From Escherichia coli (GTDB taxonomy: Bacteria > Pseudomonadota > Gammaproteobacteria > Enterobacterales > Enterobacteriaceae), in assembly GCF_965641715.1 (NCBI RefSeq), contig NZ_OZ282454.1: DNA of 64,000 bases; one strand, written 5' to 3'. Shown here in pieces: positions 46,685-55,800 of the stretch (position 1 is its first letter; each line of letters begins with the position of its first letter). The position numbers were made by a program, and so were the translations under genes. The notes under the pieces were generated by a model, which made no database searches, was not told the origin of the DNA, and saw nothing but the letters and a program-made list of their open reading frames with translations.

Positions 46685-47542
46685 TCAGGGAGACGCTGTG
46701 GCCAGCCGGCTGTAATTACGGTTACGTGACAGAATCATGCGCTCCTTCACACGACGCTCCACTTCGCGTTTTACCGCCTCACCATTAGCAGTGAAGCGTC
46801 CTTCCGAGATTTCACGCGTCAGCTGCCGTTTCACCAGGGTGACGATATCCTGACGTTCCCTGTTCGCATCACGACGCGCACGGGCACGTTTTATTCCACG
46901 GGACTTAAGCTCTGTCTGGTAACTGCGGAAACGCTCACGCACAAAACGCCAGGCTTTCGCTATCAGCTCATCCATACCCAGGGTATCCAGCCCCTGCTTT
47001 TTGCGCTGTTTGTTTTCCCATTCAACACGACTGCGGCGCGCAGCTGCCACTGCATCCTCAGACACATCAAGGGCAGCAAACAGAGCCAGTGTGAACGTGA
47101 TGTCGGTCGGAATGTAGCACCCGATAAGCGGGTCATATTCCGTCTGGTAGGTAATCAACCCCAGCTCTGACAGGAACGTCAGGGCACGGGTGGCACGGGT
47201 GATGGAGAGTTTTCCGGCAGCAGACTCCGTCGCCAGTCCGCACTCAATGGCCAGCGTGGTGATGGAGCACTGGACGCGGTTGGCCAGCGGGTCATAGTGG
47301 AAACACAGCCCCTGCAGGAGCGCATCAATAGCCCGTCGACGCAGCACTGGTGGCATGCGTCGACGCAGACCACGCGAACGGGCATGCGCCACATGAATGG
47401 CGAAATCAAAACGGGAAGTGAAGCCCACCACCTTTTCCATCAGTTTTTCGCAGAACTTCAGCGTTCCTGCACCTTCACGGGGTGTAAACACCGGATTCGG
47501 GTTCTTTACCTGGCGGTAATACGTTTGGTGAAGATCAGTCAC
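46685..47542 (-). CDS. repA1: RepFIIA replication initiator RepA1 (285 aa, GTG start)
   Basis: Translation (V)[36 protein letters not shown]... matches IncFII RepA1 as recalled. Confidence 0.9.
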
Positions 47543-47589
47543 ACCATCCTGCACTTACAATGCGCAGAAGGAGCGAGCACAGAAAGAAG

Positions 47590-47690
47590 TCTTGAACTTT
47601 TCCGGGCATATAACTATACTCCCCGCATAGCTGAATTGTTGGCTATACGGTTTAAGTGGGCCCCGGTAATCTTTTCGTACTCGCCAAAGT
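47590..47690 (+). ncRNA. copA: Probable CopA antisense RNA / CopT target region of RepFIIA copy control
   Basis: Position between copB and repA1 on the opposite strand to repA1; stem-loop-capable sequence. Boundaries approximate. Confidence 0.3.
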
Positions 47691-47846
47691 TGAAGAAGAT
47701 TATCGGGGTTTTTGCTTTTCTGGCTCCTGTAAATCCACATCAGAACCAGTTCCTTGCCACCTTACGGCGTGGCCAGCCACAAAATTCCTTAAACGATCAG
47801 TAATCTAGCACTAATCTTCTGAACACTCAAGAATGTAAGCCCATCA

Positions 47847-48101
47847 TCACATGCATCGTTTTTGCGCTTCACTTTTTATCAGTGCGGTCAGAACTTCAGC
47901 CTGAGTCAGGCCATCTTCATGACACATTTGCATGAGCATGGCCTTATACTTTGGTTCAAGAAATACTTTTACTTCCTTGAACGAAGCTCTTTTACGGGCC
48001 ACTGATAATCTTTGTTTCTCTGCATCAGAAAGCGGATTCCCCTTTCTGTATGCTCGTTTTGCGCCAGATGAGGAAGTCACTGCATTTTCTGTCTGCGACA
48101 T
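47847..48101 (-). CDS. copB: RepFIIA copy-number repressor CopB/RepA2 (84 aa)
   Basis: Small basic protein (MSQTENAVTSSSGAKRAYRKGNPLSDAEKQRLSVARKRASFKEVK...) upstream of repA1. Confidence 0.85.
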   Translation of the reverse strand: MSQTENAVTSSSGAKRAYRKGNPLSDAEKQRLSVARKRASFKEVKVFLEPKYKAMLMQMCHEDGLTQAEVLTALIKSEAQKRCM

Positions 48102-48340
48102 CTCGCCTCCTCAATACTCAAACAGGGATCGTTTCGCAGAGGATACTACAGTTTTTTGAAATCAGCGACTTGAGAGTTGTGACAAAGATCTGTGTTGGCG
48201 CACAAATCAACGGGGATTACTGTCGTTTAATGTGATTTAAACTGTGGAATAGTATGGTTTTCAGTTATGGAAACGCCGGGAGCGGGGAAAACTTGCTTTT
48301 TCCCGTTTCCGGGGTTGGACAACTGAGCAACGCGAAGGCG

Positions 48341-48982
48341 TCAGCTACGATGTTCAGGTGGCTGCTGATCAGCCCCTGTTGTATTCAGCCATTCGCCGGT
48401 CATCTGCAGCAGTTTTCTGGCATCGTGGCTTCTGAGCAACGGTATACCAGCCTGCCTCATAACCTCTTCCAGAAGAATATCCCGGCGTCTGCGTTCCGGT
48501 CGTAAATGGCTGGCATCATCCAGCTCTACTGCTGCAACAATACTGAACGAACGCCGCTCAACGATAACCACATCAACATGCCACTGGGACACCATCCTGA
48601 ATAACTGCCACCACTGACGTGATCGTGGCCGGATATTCCCGTTCAGCTGGACGATATCAGCGACCCGTACCTGCGGGCACAGATACCACCGCTTCATATC
48701 CACAATCCTGAACAACCCTTTCATGAAACTGACCTCTCTTTCTGTCAGCAACGTTTTCTGACGCTGCCAGTATTCACCGCTGACCAGTATTCGCTCAGCT
48801 TCACCGGGGCGTATGCCTGCTGCATGTAACCGTATCAGTGCGGGAGGACAGTTTTTACTCCTCCGGAATATTATCCGGACAGACAAAACAGCTATAATAA
48901 TAACGACTACAATGAAAATAATTAAATTCATTATTATGTCCTTAATTACATATGAGTCCAGGTGAACGAATGTAGTTTTCAC
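48341..48982 (-). CDS. Membrane-anchored DUF2726 (NERD-like nuclease-related) domain protein (213 aa)
   Basis: N-terminal TM helix; C-terminal region with the acidic/His pattern HVDVVIVERRSF...VELDDASHLRPERRRRDILLEEVMRQAGIPLLR reminiscent of DUF2726. Confidence 0.45.
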   Translation of the reverse strand: MKTTFVHLDSYVIKDIIMNLIIFIVVVIIIAVLSVRIIFRRSKNCPPALIRLHAAGIRPGEAERILVSGEYWQRQKTLLTEREVSFMKGLFRIVDMKRWYLCPQVRVADIVQLNGNIRPRSRQWWQLFRMVSQWHVDVVIVERRSFSIVAAVELDDASHLRPERRRRDILLEEVMRQAGIPLLRSHDARKLLQMTGEWLNTTGADQQPPEHRS

Positions 48983-49082
48983 CCGAAGTAAGACTCGAAA
49001 TATTTATCCCATGAATTACCTGAACGTTATCAGAAATACGACAAACCAGATCCGCAACAGATAATTCTGTTGTGATAAGGGG

Positions 49083-49709
49083 TCACCGCCTCGTTAACCA
49101 GACAATTTTATCAGCCTGGATTTTAATTACCCCACGACGAACCAACTCACTACGTATACTAACAGCCCGTTCTTTATGCCATTCTCCTCGCATATGCGAT
49201 TTTAAATAATTATTAAACCCCTCCACTGACACCGGTAAATTCCGCACATCACTTCCGGATGCCTGCTGCATTCTGTTAGCCCACCGGATAATAACATCCC
49301 CCTCAGGGACAATCAGGTGAGATACCGGCAAATGACTCTCAGCGTGCTCTGGCGCAATACGTTCGCAACGAAAACCCCGTTTTTGCAGAGTATGAATTAT
49401 TCCATCATAGCCTTTATCGTTTGAAATAATATGCCAGGTGTTGTTTCCGGCACTGCAGCACGTCATCCTGCCGAGCTCCATAACAAGGTGAAAGTCAACA
49501 TTATTCTTCGAAATGTTATCTATCTGTCTGATACTCACTCTGATATTATCTGGCCAGGTATCAGCAGGTAAGACCACTGTTTGCTGAAGAGGACCAGCAA
49601 ATAAAATCAAATCGGTATAATCAGCAATCGATATATTTCTCAGATTGCAACAGTTTTCATAATCAATGAGCGCAATGCGTAATACTTCATTTCTCATCAT
49701 GTTTTCCAT
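49083..49709 (-). CDS. Hypothetical protein with NYN/PIN-like N-terminus (start uncertain; ORF open to 49745)
   Basis: N-terminal LRIALIDYENC resembles the start of NYN/PIN-fold nucleases; no firm family call. Confidence 0.35.
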   Translation of the reverse strand: MENMMRNEVLRIALIDYENCCNLRNISIADYTDLILFAGPLQQTVVLPADTWPDNIRVSIRQIDNISKNNVDFHLVMELGRMTCCSAGNNTWHIISNDKGYDGIIHTLQKRGFRCERIAPEHAESHLPVSHLIVPEGDVIIRWANRMQQASGSDVRNLPVSVEGFNNYLKSHMRGEWHKERAVSIRSELVRRGVIKIQADKIVWLTRR

Positions 49710-50458
49710 TATATATTCACCATAATAAAACAGAATAAACTGCAAACCCGACGCAGTGTATCTACCGGTCTGGTTAAGTTTTCATTATCGGGATATAAAA
49801 TATTGTCTGCCGCCAGTCAGGCAGCCCGGAGTTCCGTGAGTGATATCACAAATCAATAAACCACCACTTAATTCATAAACATCCTTGTGTCACTATAAGC
49901 CGGTCGGTTATCCGGTGCGCCATGAGTAATCCGTTCTGAAGAACGGAAATACAGAGTGCCAGGTTGTCTCACATAATACAAAAGCAAATTTCATGCATCA
50001 TTCAGCCTCCTTACCCTGGAGAAACGGAGGCTGTTTTTATATTCCTGAAACACCATCCGCAATGATTCATCGCTGGTGAGTTTTATGAATTTAATCTCAA
50101 ATATGCCAGCCTCTTTATTTATTCCTTCCGTCCATATTTCCGGCATCGTTCTGCGCGTAGCCGGGCAAATCGTCGCCAGTCCGCCCGGGGAGCAATTCCG
50201 GCGGCCTGACACCACGCCTCAGCAGCCTCCATCCAGAATCCACGGATTTCCAGATTAACAGCCCTGTGTCCGGTACGCTGCCAGCGCCAGACCTGGCCGT
50301 TTCGTGAACTGTTTCTGAATCCATTCATTTTCCTGTCCCCCTTTAGTTGTCAGTATTATTGTGATAAATAATTCAGTGGACTAGTTTTCTTTCGGGTACG
50401 GAAGTTATTTCCTTTTAAGCCTTATTTCCCTGCCTCCCCTCTCTGAGGGAGGCTTTTT

Positions 50459-51019
50459 TCATTTCTCATCAAGCACGGCCTGAAGTTCTGCCTTTATCCG
50501 GTTCTGGCGGCGGATTTTATCCAGACGCGCTGCTGCATACGCTTCCTCCTCCTGAGAAATATGCTCCGTCACATACCCTTCCGTGTCATACCGGCAGGCA
50601 CCGGCTTTCATGGCACACAGATAGCTTTCTGAACGGGTGATGGCCTTCAGCGCCCTGCGCAGCTTTTTATGCGAGAGCGGGATATTCCGCTGCGCCACGT
50701 CTTCCAGTAACACGTCCCGGATACCGCAGGCCAGAAGCCGGGGCGTGTCACCGTCAAATAATCCCGGCCACCAGGGTTTCAGGGTGTTCACGGCCTCATC
50801 CAGCGTGGGCAGGTTCAGATAAATGGACAGCGCCTGTCTGGCCTGCGCTTTTTTTGCCGCCAGCTCCGCTTCCCGGGCTGCTTTCTCGGCCAGCTTCTGC
50901 TTTTTCACCTTCCATTTTGGTGGCGTGGTGACATTGATGATGGTTTTCCGGCTGCGGACAGGCGTCTCTCCTTCCGTTTTCCGCTTCAGTGTCAGTACCG
51001 GTCGTTTTTGCTCTGCCAT
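50459..51019 (-). CDS. finO: Fertility inhibition protein FinO (186 aa)
   Basis: [64 protein letters not shown] matches F-like FinO. Confidence 0.9.
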   Translation of the reverse strand: MAEQKRPVLTLKRKTEGETPVRSRKTIINVTTPPKWKVKKQKLAEKAAREAELAAKKAQARQALSIYLNLPTLDEAVNTLKPWWPGLFDGDTPRLLACGIRDVLLEDVAQRNIPLSHKKLRRALKAITRSESYLCAMKAGACRYDTEGYVTEHISQEEEAYAAARLDKIRRQNRIKAELQAVLDEK

Positions 51020-51121
51020 GCTTACTCTGACCTTCGTGAAAATATGCCCTGCAGGCCGTTGAAACAACTCATCGTAACAGGAAGTTAATTTCAACGACCT
51101 TTAACGTATAAATACTGACAA

Positions 51122-51982
51122 TTAAAGATATTGTTTAAACCATTGTGTCTGCACAGCTACTACACGTTCAAAAAACGCGCCCTCATAAATATCATAATGG
51201 CATGCATCAGCTTCCTCGTATAATTCCTTAGTACCAGAAGCAACAGCATCATATAATGCTCTTCCCTGTTCCGGTGGATTAACGCTATCCTGGCCGGCAA
51301 TAACAACCAAAACTGGGCACTGGACGCTGGCTGCACTCTCTGCCGGTTTATATTGCAACGTTTCCATGACCGTAAGGAAAGGTATTTTTATATCCATTTC
51401 GGGATGCCGGGCTTTGATTTTCTCGAAGAATACCTTCGATTCATCATCACTTAGTACCCGTGTAACCCCCACAAACATCTCTTTCCCGGTGTTTTTCTTC
51501 TTCTCTGCCATTTTATTCAGCGTGGATAGAAAAGACGCTCTCTCCGATTCATTCATCTCTCCGGTAACCAGAACATCACCGTCAGCAAAAGCCAGCTGGC
51601 TGACAATACATTTTACGCGTTGGTCCTGCGCAGCTGCACTGAAGACATGCCCCCCACCCAGCGATGTTCCCCATAACCCAATACGCTGATTATCAATACA
51701 TTCCTGCTTTTCTGCCCAATTGATAACTGAAATAATATCTTCGGTCTGCATTGCAGGAACCAGACGCCCTCGTTCTCCATCACTCTCACCGAATCCTCGA
51801 TAATCAAAAGTAATCGTTGCGAATCCTGCTTCTGTGAAGGCATTCGCAAAGCAAGGGAGCAGAACATTCCTGATACCGCAAAACCCATGGCATAAGATAA
51901 TCAAAGGATGTTTTATATTTACTTCAGGAACACGAAATGTCAGGGCAATACCTTCAGAGAGTTTGTGATCCGTAATTTTCAT
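51122..51982 (-). CDS. Alpha/beta-hydrolase-fold protein (286 aa) between traX and finO, as in R100-type plasmids
   Basis: GxSxG nucleophile motif (LWGTSLGGGH); size and position match the 286-aa ORF found between traX and finO in R100-like plasmids. Confidence 0.7.
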   Translation of the reverse strand: MKITDHKLSEGIALTFRVPEVNIKHPLIILCHGFCGIRNVLLPCFANAFTEAGFATITFDYRGFGESDGERGRLVPAMQTEDIISVINWAEKQECIDNQRIGLWGTSLGGGHVFSAAAQDQRVKCIVSQLAFADGDVLVTGEMNESERASFLSTLNKMAEKKKNTGKEMFVGVTRVLSDDESKVFFEKIKARHPEMDIKIPFLTVMETLQYKPAESAASVQCPVLVVIAGQDSVNPPEQGRALYDAVASGTKELYEEADACHYDIYEGAFFERVVAVQTQWFKQYL

Positions 51983-52040
51983 AAATATCCTGTGTTATGT
52001 TGTTTATTAATAATCAGAATCAGCGTCAGTATCATACCAG

Positions 52041-52787
52041 TCACAACGCCAGAATGCCCAGCACAGCCAGATGACAGCCATAGAACGTCGGGAAAAAATC
52101 TCCGGGCCAGAAACGGGGTAATGATTTTCCTGCACGCGACACCAGACCAACGGTCAGCACCGTCATCACAAGACCAGCTACAGCCGCCGCATCACTGGAG
52201 GCAAGGTTAAGTGCCGGAATCACGGCCAGCAGGCATGCAACCAGCGCCAGACGTTCCGTTCTGTCTTCCGCCCGGTACAGCCGGTGACTGACCGCCAGCA
52301 TCAGCAGCCCGGTAATGCCGTAACTGGTGCCGGACAAAGGCCCCCACAGTGCCATCAGGAGTATGGCCGCAGCAGTACGCCACAAGCTGCGCGTCTCACA
52401 CCACGTCAGCACCTGTGCCGCCACTGCAAAGGCAAACAGGATATTCCCCTCATACCACGGAAAGCCGGCCAGATAATACGAGAACTGGGCAATCACTGCC
52501 CATCCCCACAGCCGGTTAATGGCCACCTGCCGGATATGCGCATGACGGGACAGATTCCGCCCCCACACCAGGGCAAACAGCGGAAAGGCTCCACGCCCGG
52601 CCAGAAACATCCACGTCTGGTCCAGATGCAGAATGCGGTTTGCATGGTCCAGAACCATCAGCACCAGTGCCACCGTTTTGATGATATCCCGCTGTCCGGG
52701 TGACCAGACCAACAACGACTGCAACCAGGTATCGGTCCGTGCAGCCAGTGAATCGTTACGTGTCGTGTTCGTGTTATCCGTTGTCAT
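52041..52787 (-). CDS. traX: F-pilin N-acetylase TraX (248 aa)
   Basis: Polytopic membrane protein matching F TraX in sequence and length. Confidence 0.85.
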   Translation of the reverse strand: MTTDNTNTTRNDSLAARTDTWLQSLLVWSPGQRDIIKTVALVLMVLDHANRILHLDQTWMFLAGRGAFPLFALVWGRNLSRHAHIRQVAINRLWGWAVIAQFSYYLAGFPWYEGNILFAFAVAAQVLTWCETRSLWRTAAAILLMALWGPLSGTSYGITGLLMLAVSHRLYRAEDRTERLALVACLLAVIPALNLASSDAAAVAGLVMTVLTVGLVSRAGKSLPRFWPGDFFPTFYGCHLAVLGILAL

Positions 52788-52806
52788 CAGCGTTTATCTT
52801 CCTGTA

Positions 52807-55800
52807 TCAGTCTCCGCCCAGGGTTTTCTCTTTCTGCAGGTCACGGACCATATCCCGCTCCATCTGCTGCAGTCGCTCCTGCAGCAGGTTTTCCCGGACA
52901 ACCTCACGGACCGCTTCCCGCTCCCGTTGTGGTTCACGCAGTACACTCTCCGGCAGCGCGGCTTCCCGTTCAGAAGTGACAGCCCGTTCACGCTCCTGCC
53001 CGGCAATCTCCCTGACAGCCTGCTCTGTTTTGCCATCCGGCAGGTCAGGTTTGTTCTCTGCCATTTTACGGACAATTTCATCTGCGCGGCGTTCCGTTTC
53101 ACGGCGGATGGCCTCTTCAGCCTGCCGCTGTGCCAGTACCTCTGCCGTGACCGGTTCACCGTTTCCGGCACCCGGCTGAACGCTGTTATCCGGAATATCC
53201 CCCCACACGCGACCACCGGTGATGGCACCGGGATTCCACGGACGACCTTCACCGGCAATTCTCACCACCACACCGCTGTCAGGATTATCACGGGCAATCC
53301 GGACACCATCCTGCATATTATCAGCCAGCAGGCTTTCTCCGTTACGGCTGCCCTGCAGGGCCACGAACTGCGCATCCCCGCTGCCCTTCACCCGTCCTTC
53401 ACCACTGAATCCCCGCAGCCCGTTTCCGTCATCCGTGGTCAGTGGGTTCAGCCAGATACCGGCGGACTTGCCGTTACGGTCAAACGCCGGCAGTGCCACA
53501 TACGGCTGTGGATATTTACGTCCCGGAGCAATAAACCGTGCAGGACTGTCTCCCCCGGACAGCCCCGCCTGACGAAGAACGGCTCGGCCTGCCGCCACGT
53601 CCCGCAGTTCCCGTGCCGTACTGAACAGCCGCTCTGCATTCATGACCTCCCGGTCCGGTTTCGGCTCAAACACATCGTGGGCAGTTCCTTTCTGTACGGC
53701 ATTGTTAATGGCATCCGTCCAGCCCTGACGGTTATCGGTGTACACCTGCACATGCTGCTTCATACGCGACAGGGCCACGTAGGCTGACTCAAAGCCGGCC
53801 ATCTGTTTCCGGTTACCTTCCGTGCCTTCAAGCGCAATGGCAAAGGTTTCACTTGCCCCCTGCGCACCGTGGGCGGTGATGGCATAGGCCAGGTCAATAT
53901 GTTGCTCTGCCCGCTCCTGTCCGGGGCGAATCACCCGGGTCTGCTGTCCGTCCGACAGCGTGACACTGTCACCGGAAACCGCTGTCACCGTCCAGACGCT
54001 GTTGGCCACATAACCGCGCTCCCGGTCACTCTTCGTGAAGCGCATCCGGTCACCGGTCCCCACCCGGATGGTGTCCGGGGTGTACAGTGTGACGCCTTCA
54101 GCCACCGCCTCCCGGGGCGAAATCAGCCGCGTGTTACCTTCAGCATCCTGCAGGGTTATCAGCCCGTCATCCCTGCTGATACCGGCAATCCGGTGATACA
54201 CATTATCCACCAGGGCAAGGGCATCCGGGTTATTCTCCCAGGTGGAGAGACGACGCAGCTCCCCGTCACGTATATTCGCTGTGTTCAGGACAGGCACCAT
54301 GACCTGCTCCTGCCCCAGCTCACCGGCCTTTTCCCGTGCATCATGAATCATGCTGTTCAGTACGCGCCGGTCCTCATTCAGGTGCGTGACAATCAGCGTC
54401 TGCTCCCGTGCTTCCGGCGTCCTGCCGGTATAGTCGCGGACAATGGCTTCATACAGTGTCATGGGGACATCCGGGAAAGCCTCGCCTTTCAGCATCGCCT
54501 TCTGCTGCGCTTCTGCCAGTTTCGCTTCCTGGCTGTGACTGAACTCCGTCACGGAGTGCTCCGGTGCCCATGCGCCCTCCAGACGTGGCACCTGAGACGG
54601 TTTCACTCTCTCAAGCCCGGACAGTGCCCTTTCCACATCCCGGTTAATCAGGCTGTATACCGCCTCCCGCAGTTCCGGCGTCTGACGCACAATCTCCTTC
54701 ATGATGACCACATCGGCAGCACTGCGCGTCTGCTGGAGACGGAAAGGCTGACCGGGCGCGATGGCCTGCAGCTGGTCCGTGTCACCGCTGGCCACAGCAC
54801 GACCGCCACCGGCCGCAATCAGGGCGTATGCCCGTGCCATGTCGGTATTGCCCACCATTGAGCTCTCATCGAGCAGGAACAGCGTGTTGCTGAAATCCGG
54901 CGTTTCTCCGCTGCGCTGCTGCAGCTGCGTGTCATGCAGAAAGGACGCCAGTGTCTGTGCATCCACGCCGGCGCTGCGCATCTCACCGACCGCACGGTGC
55001 GTGGGCCCCAGCCCCACAACTCGGGGACGCTCACTCGCTGGCAGCATGTTCACGGCTGACATCACCGCCCGGAACTGTGTGGTCTTACCCACACCGGCAT
55101 AACCCTGTACCACCGTGAAACGGTCGGACGTTTCCAGTATCATACGGGTGGCGGCACGCTGTCCCGACGTTAACGTCTCCATGAGTTCGCCGGGTACTCT
55201 CTCCATCAGCGGCGTGACCGCCTCCTTACCTTCGAGAATATGGCGAAGAATACTTTTTTCTGCCTCATACGACGCACGGGAAACCAGCAGGCCTGTGCCA
55301 TAGCCTTTTGCCACATCCACATACAGTAAGTCACCGCGTTTTATCTGCGCATTGATTTCCCCTCCCAGTTCAGTAAAACCGGTTCCTTCTGCAGCAAACG
55401 ACTTCGCCTCTGTCAGCAGGTCCACCATGCTGAAGGCCAGGTTTTTACTTTCCAGCACAGGAAGGGCCAGATGAATGGCCTGCTGTGCCGGCGTGTGCAG
55501 CCCGGCTTTCTGCAGACTGATAGCGGTTTCCAGCGATGTCTCACCGGCCCGCGCCTTTATCTGCTCAGAAACCACCGTAAAGGAGGGATGGCGGGCAAGT
55601 TTTTCCGCAGTACGGGTTTCATCCAGTGAGGAATACAGCCGGACATCACGACCGCTGCGGGCCAGACCGTTCAGGGTGGCGTTGTCCATCGCCATCTGTG
55701 TGACGGAGGCAAACACCGTCGCACTGTCACTGACGGAATGCCCGGGCGTTTCCACCCAGCCGTTCTCCAGCTTCAGTGCCGTGAACGGTGAATCAACCAC

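Noticed and set aside
50420-50455. GC-rich hairpin (cctccc...gggagg) followed by a T run just downstream of finO
   Set aside because: The T run follows the stem only on the plus strand, whereas all neighbouring genes are on the minus strand, so it is not the finO terminator; function unassignable from sequence alone.
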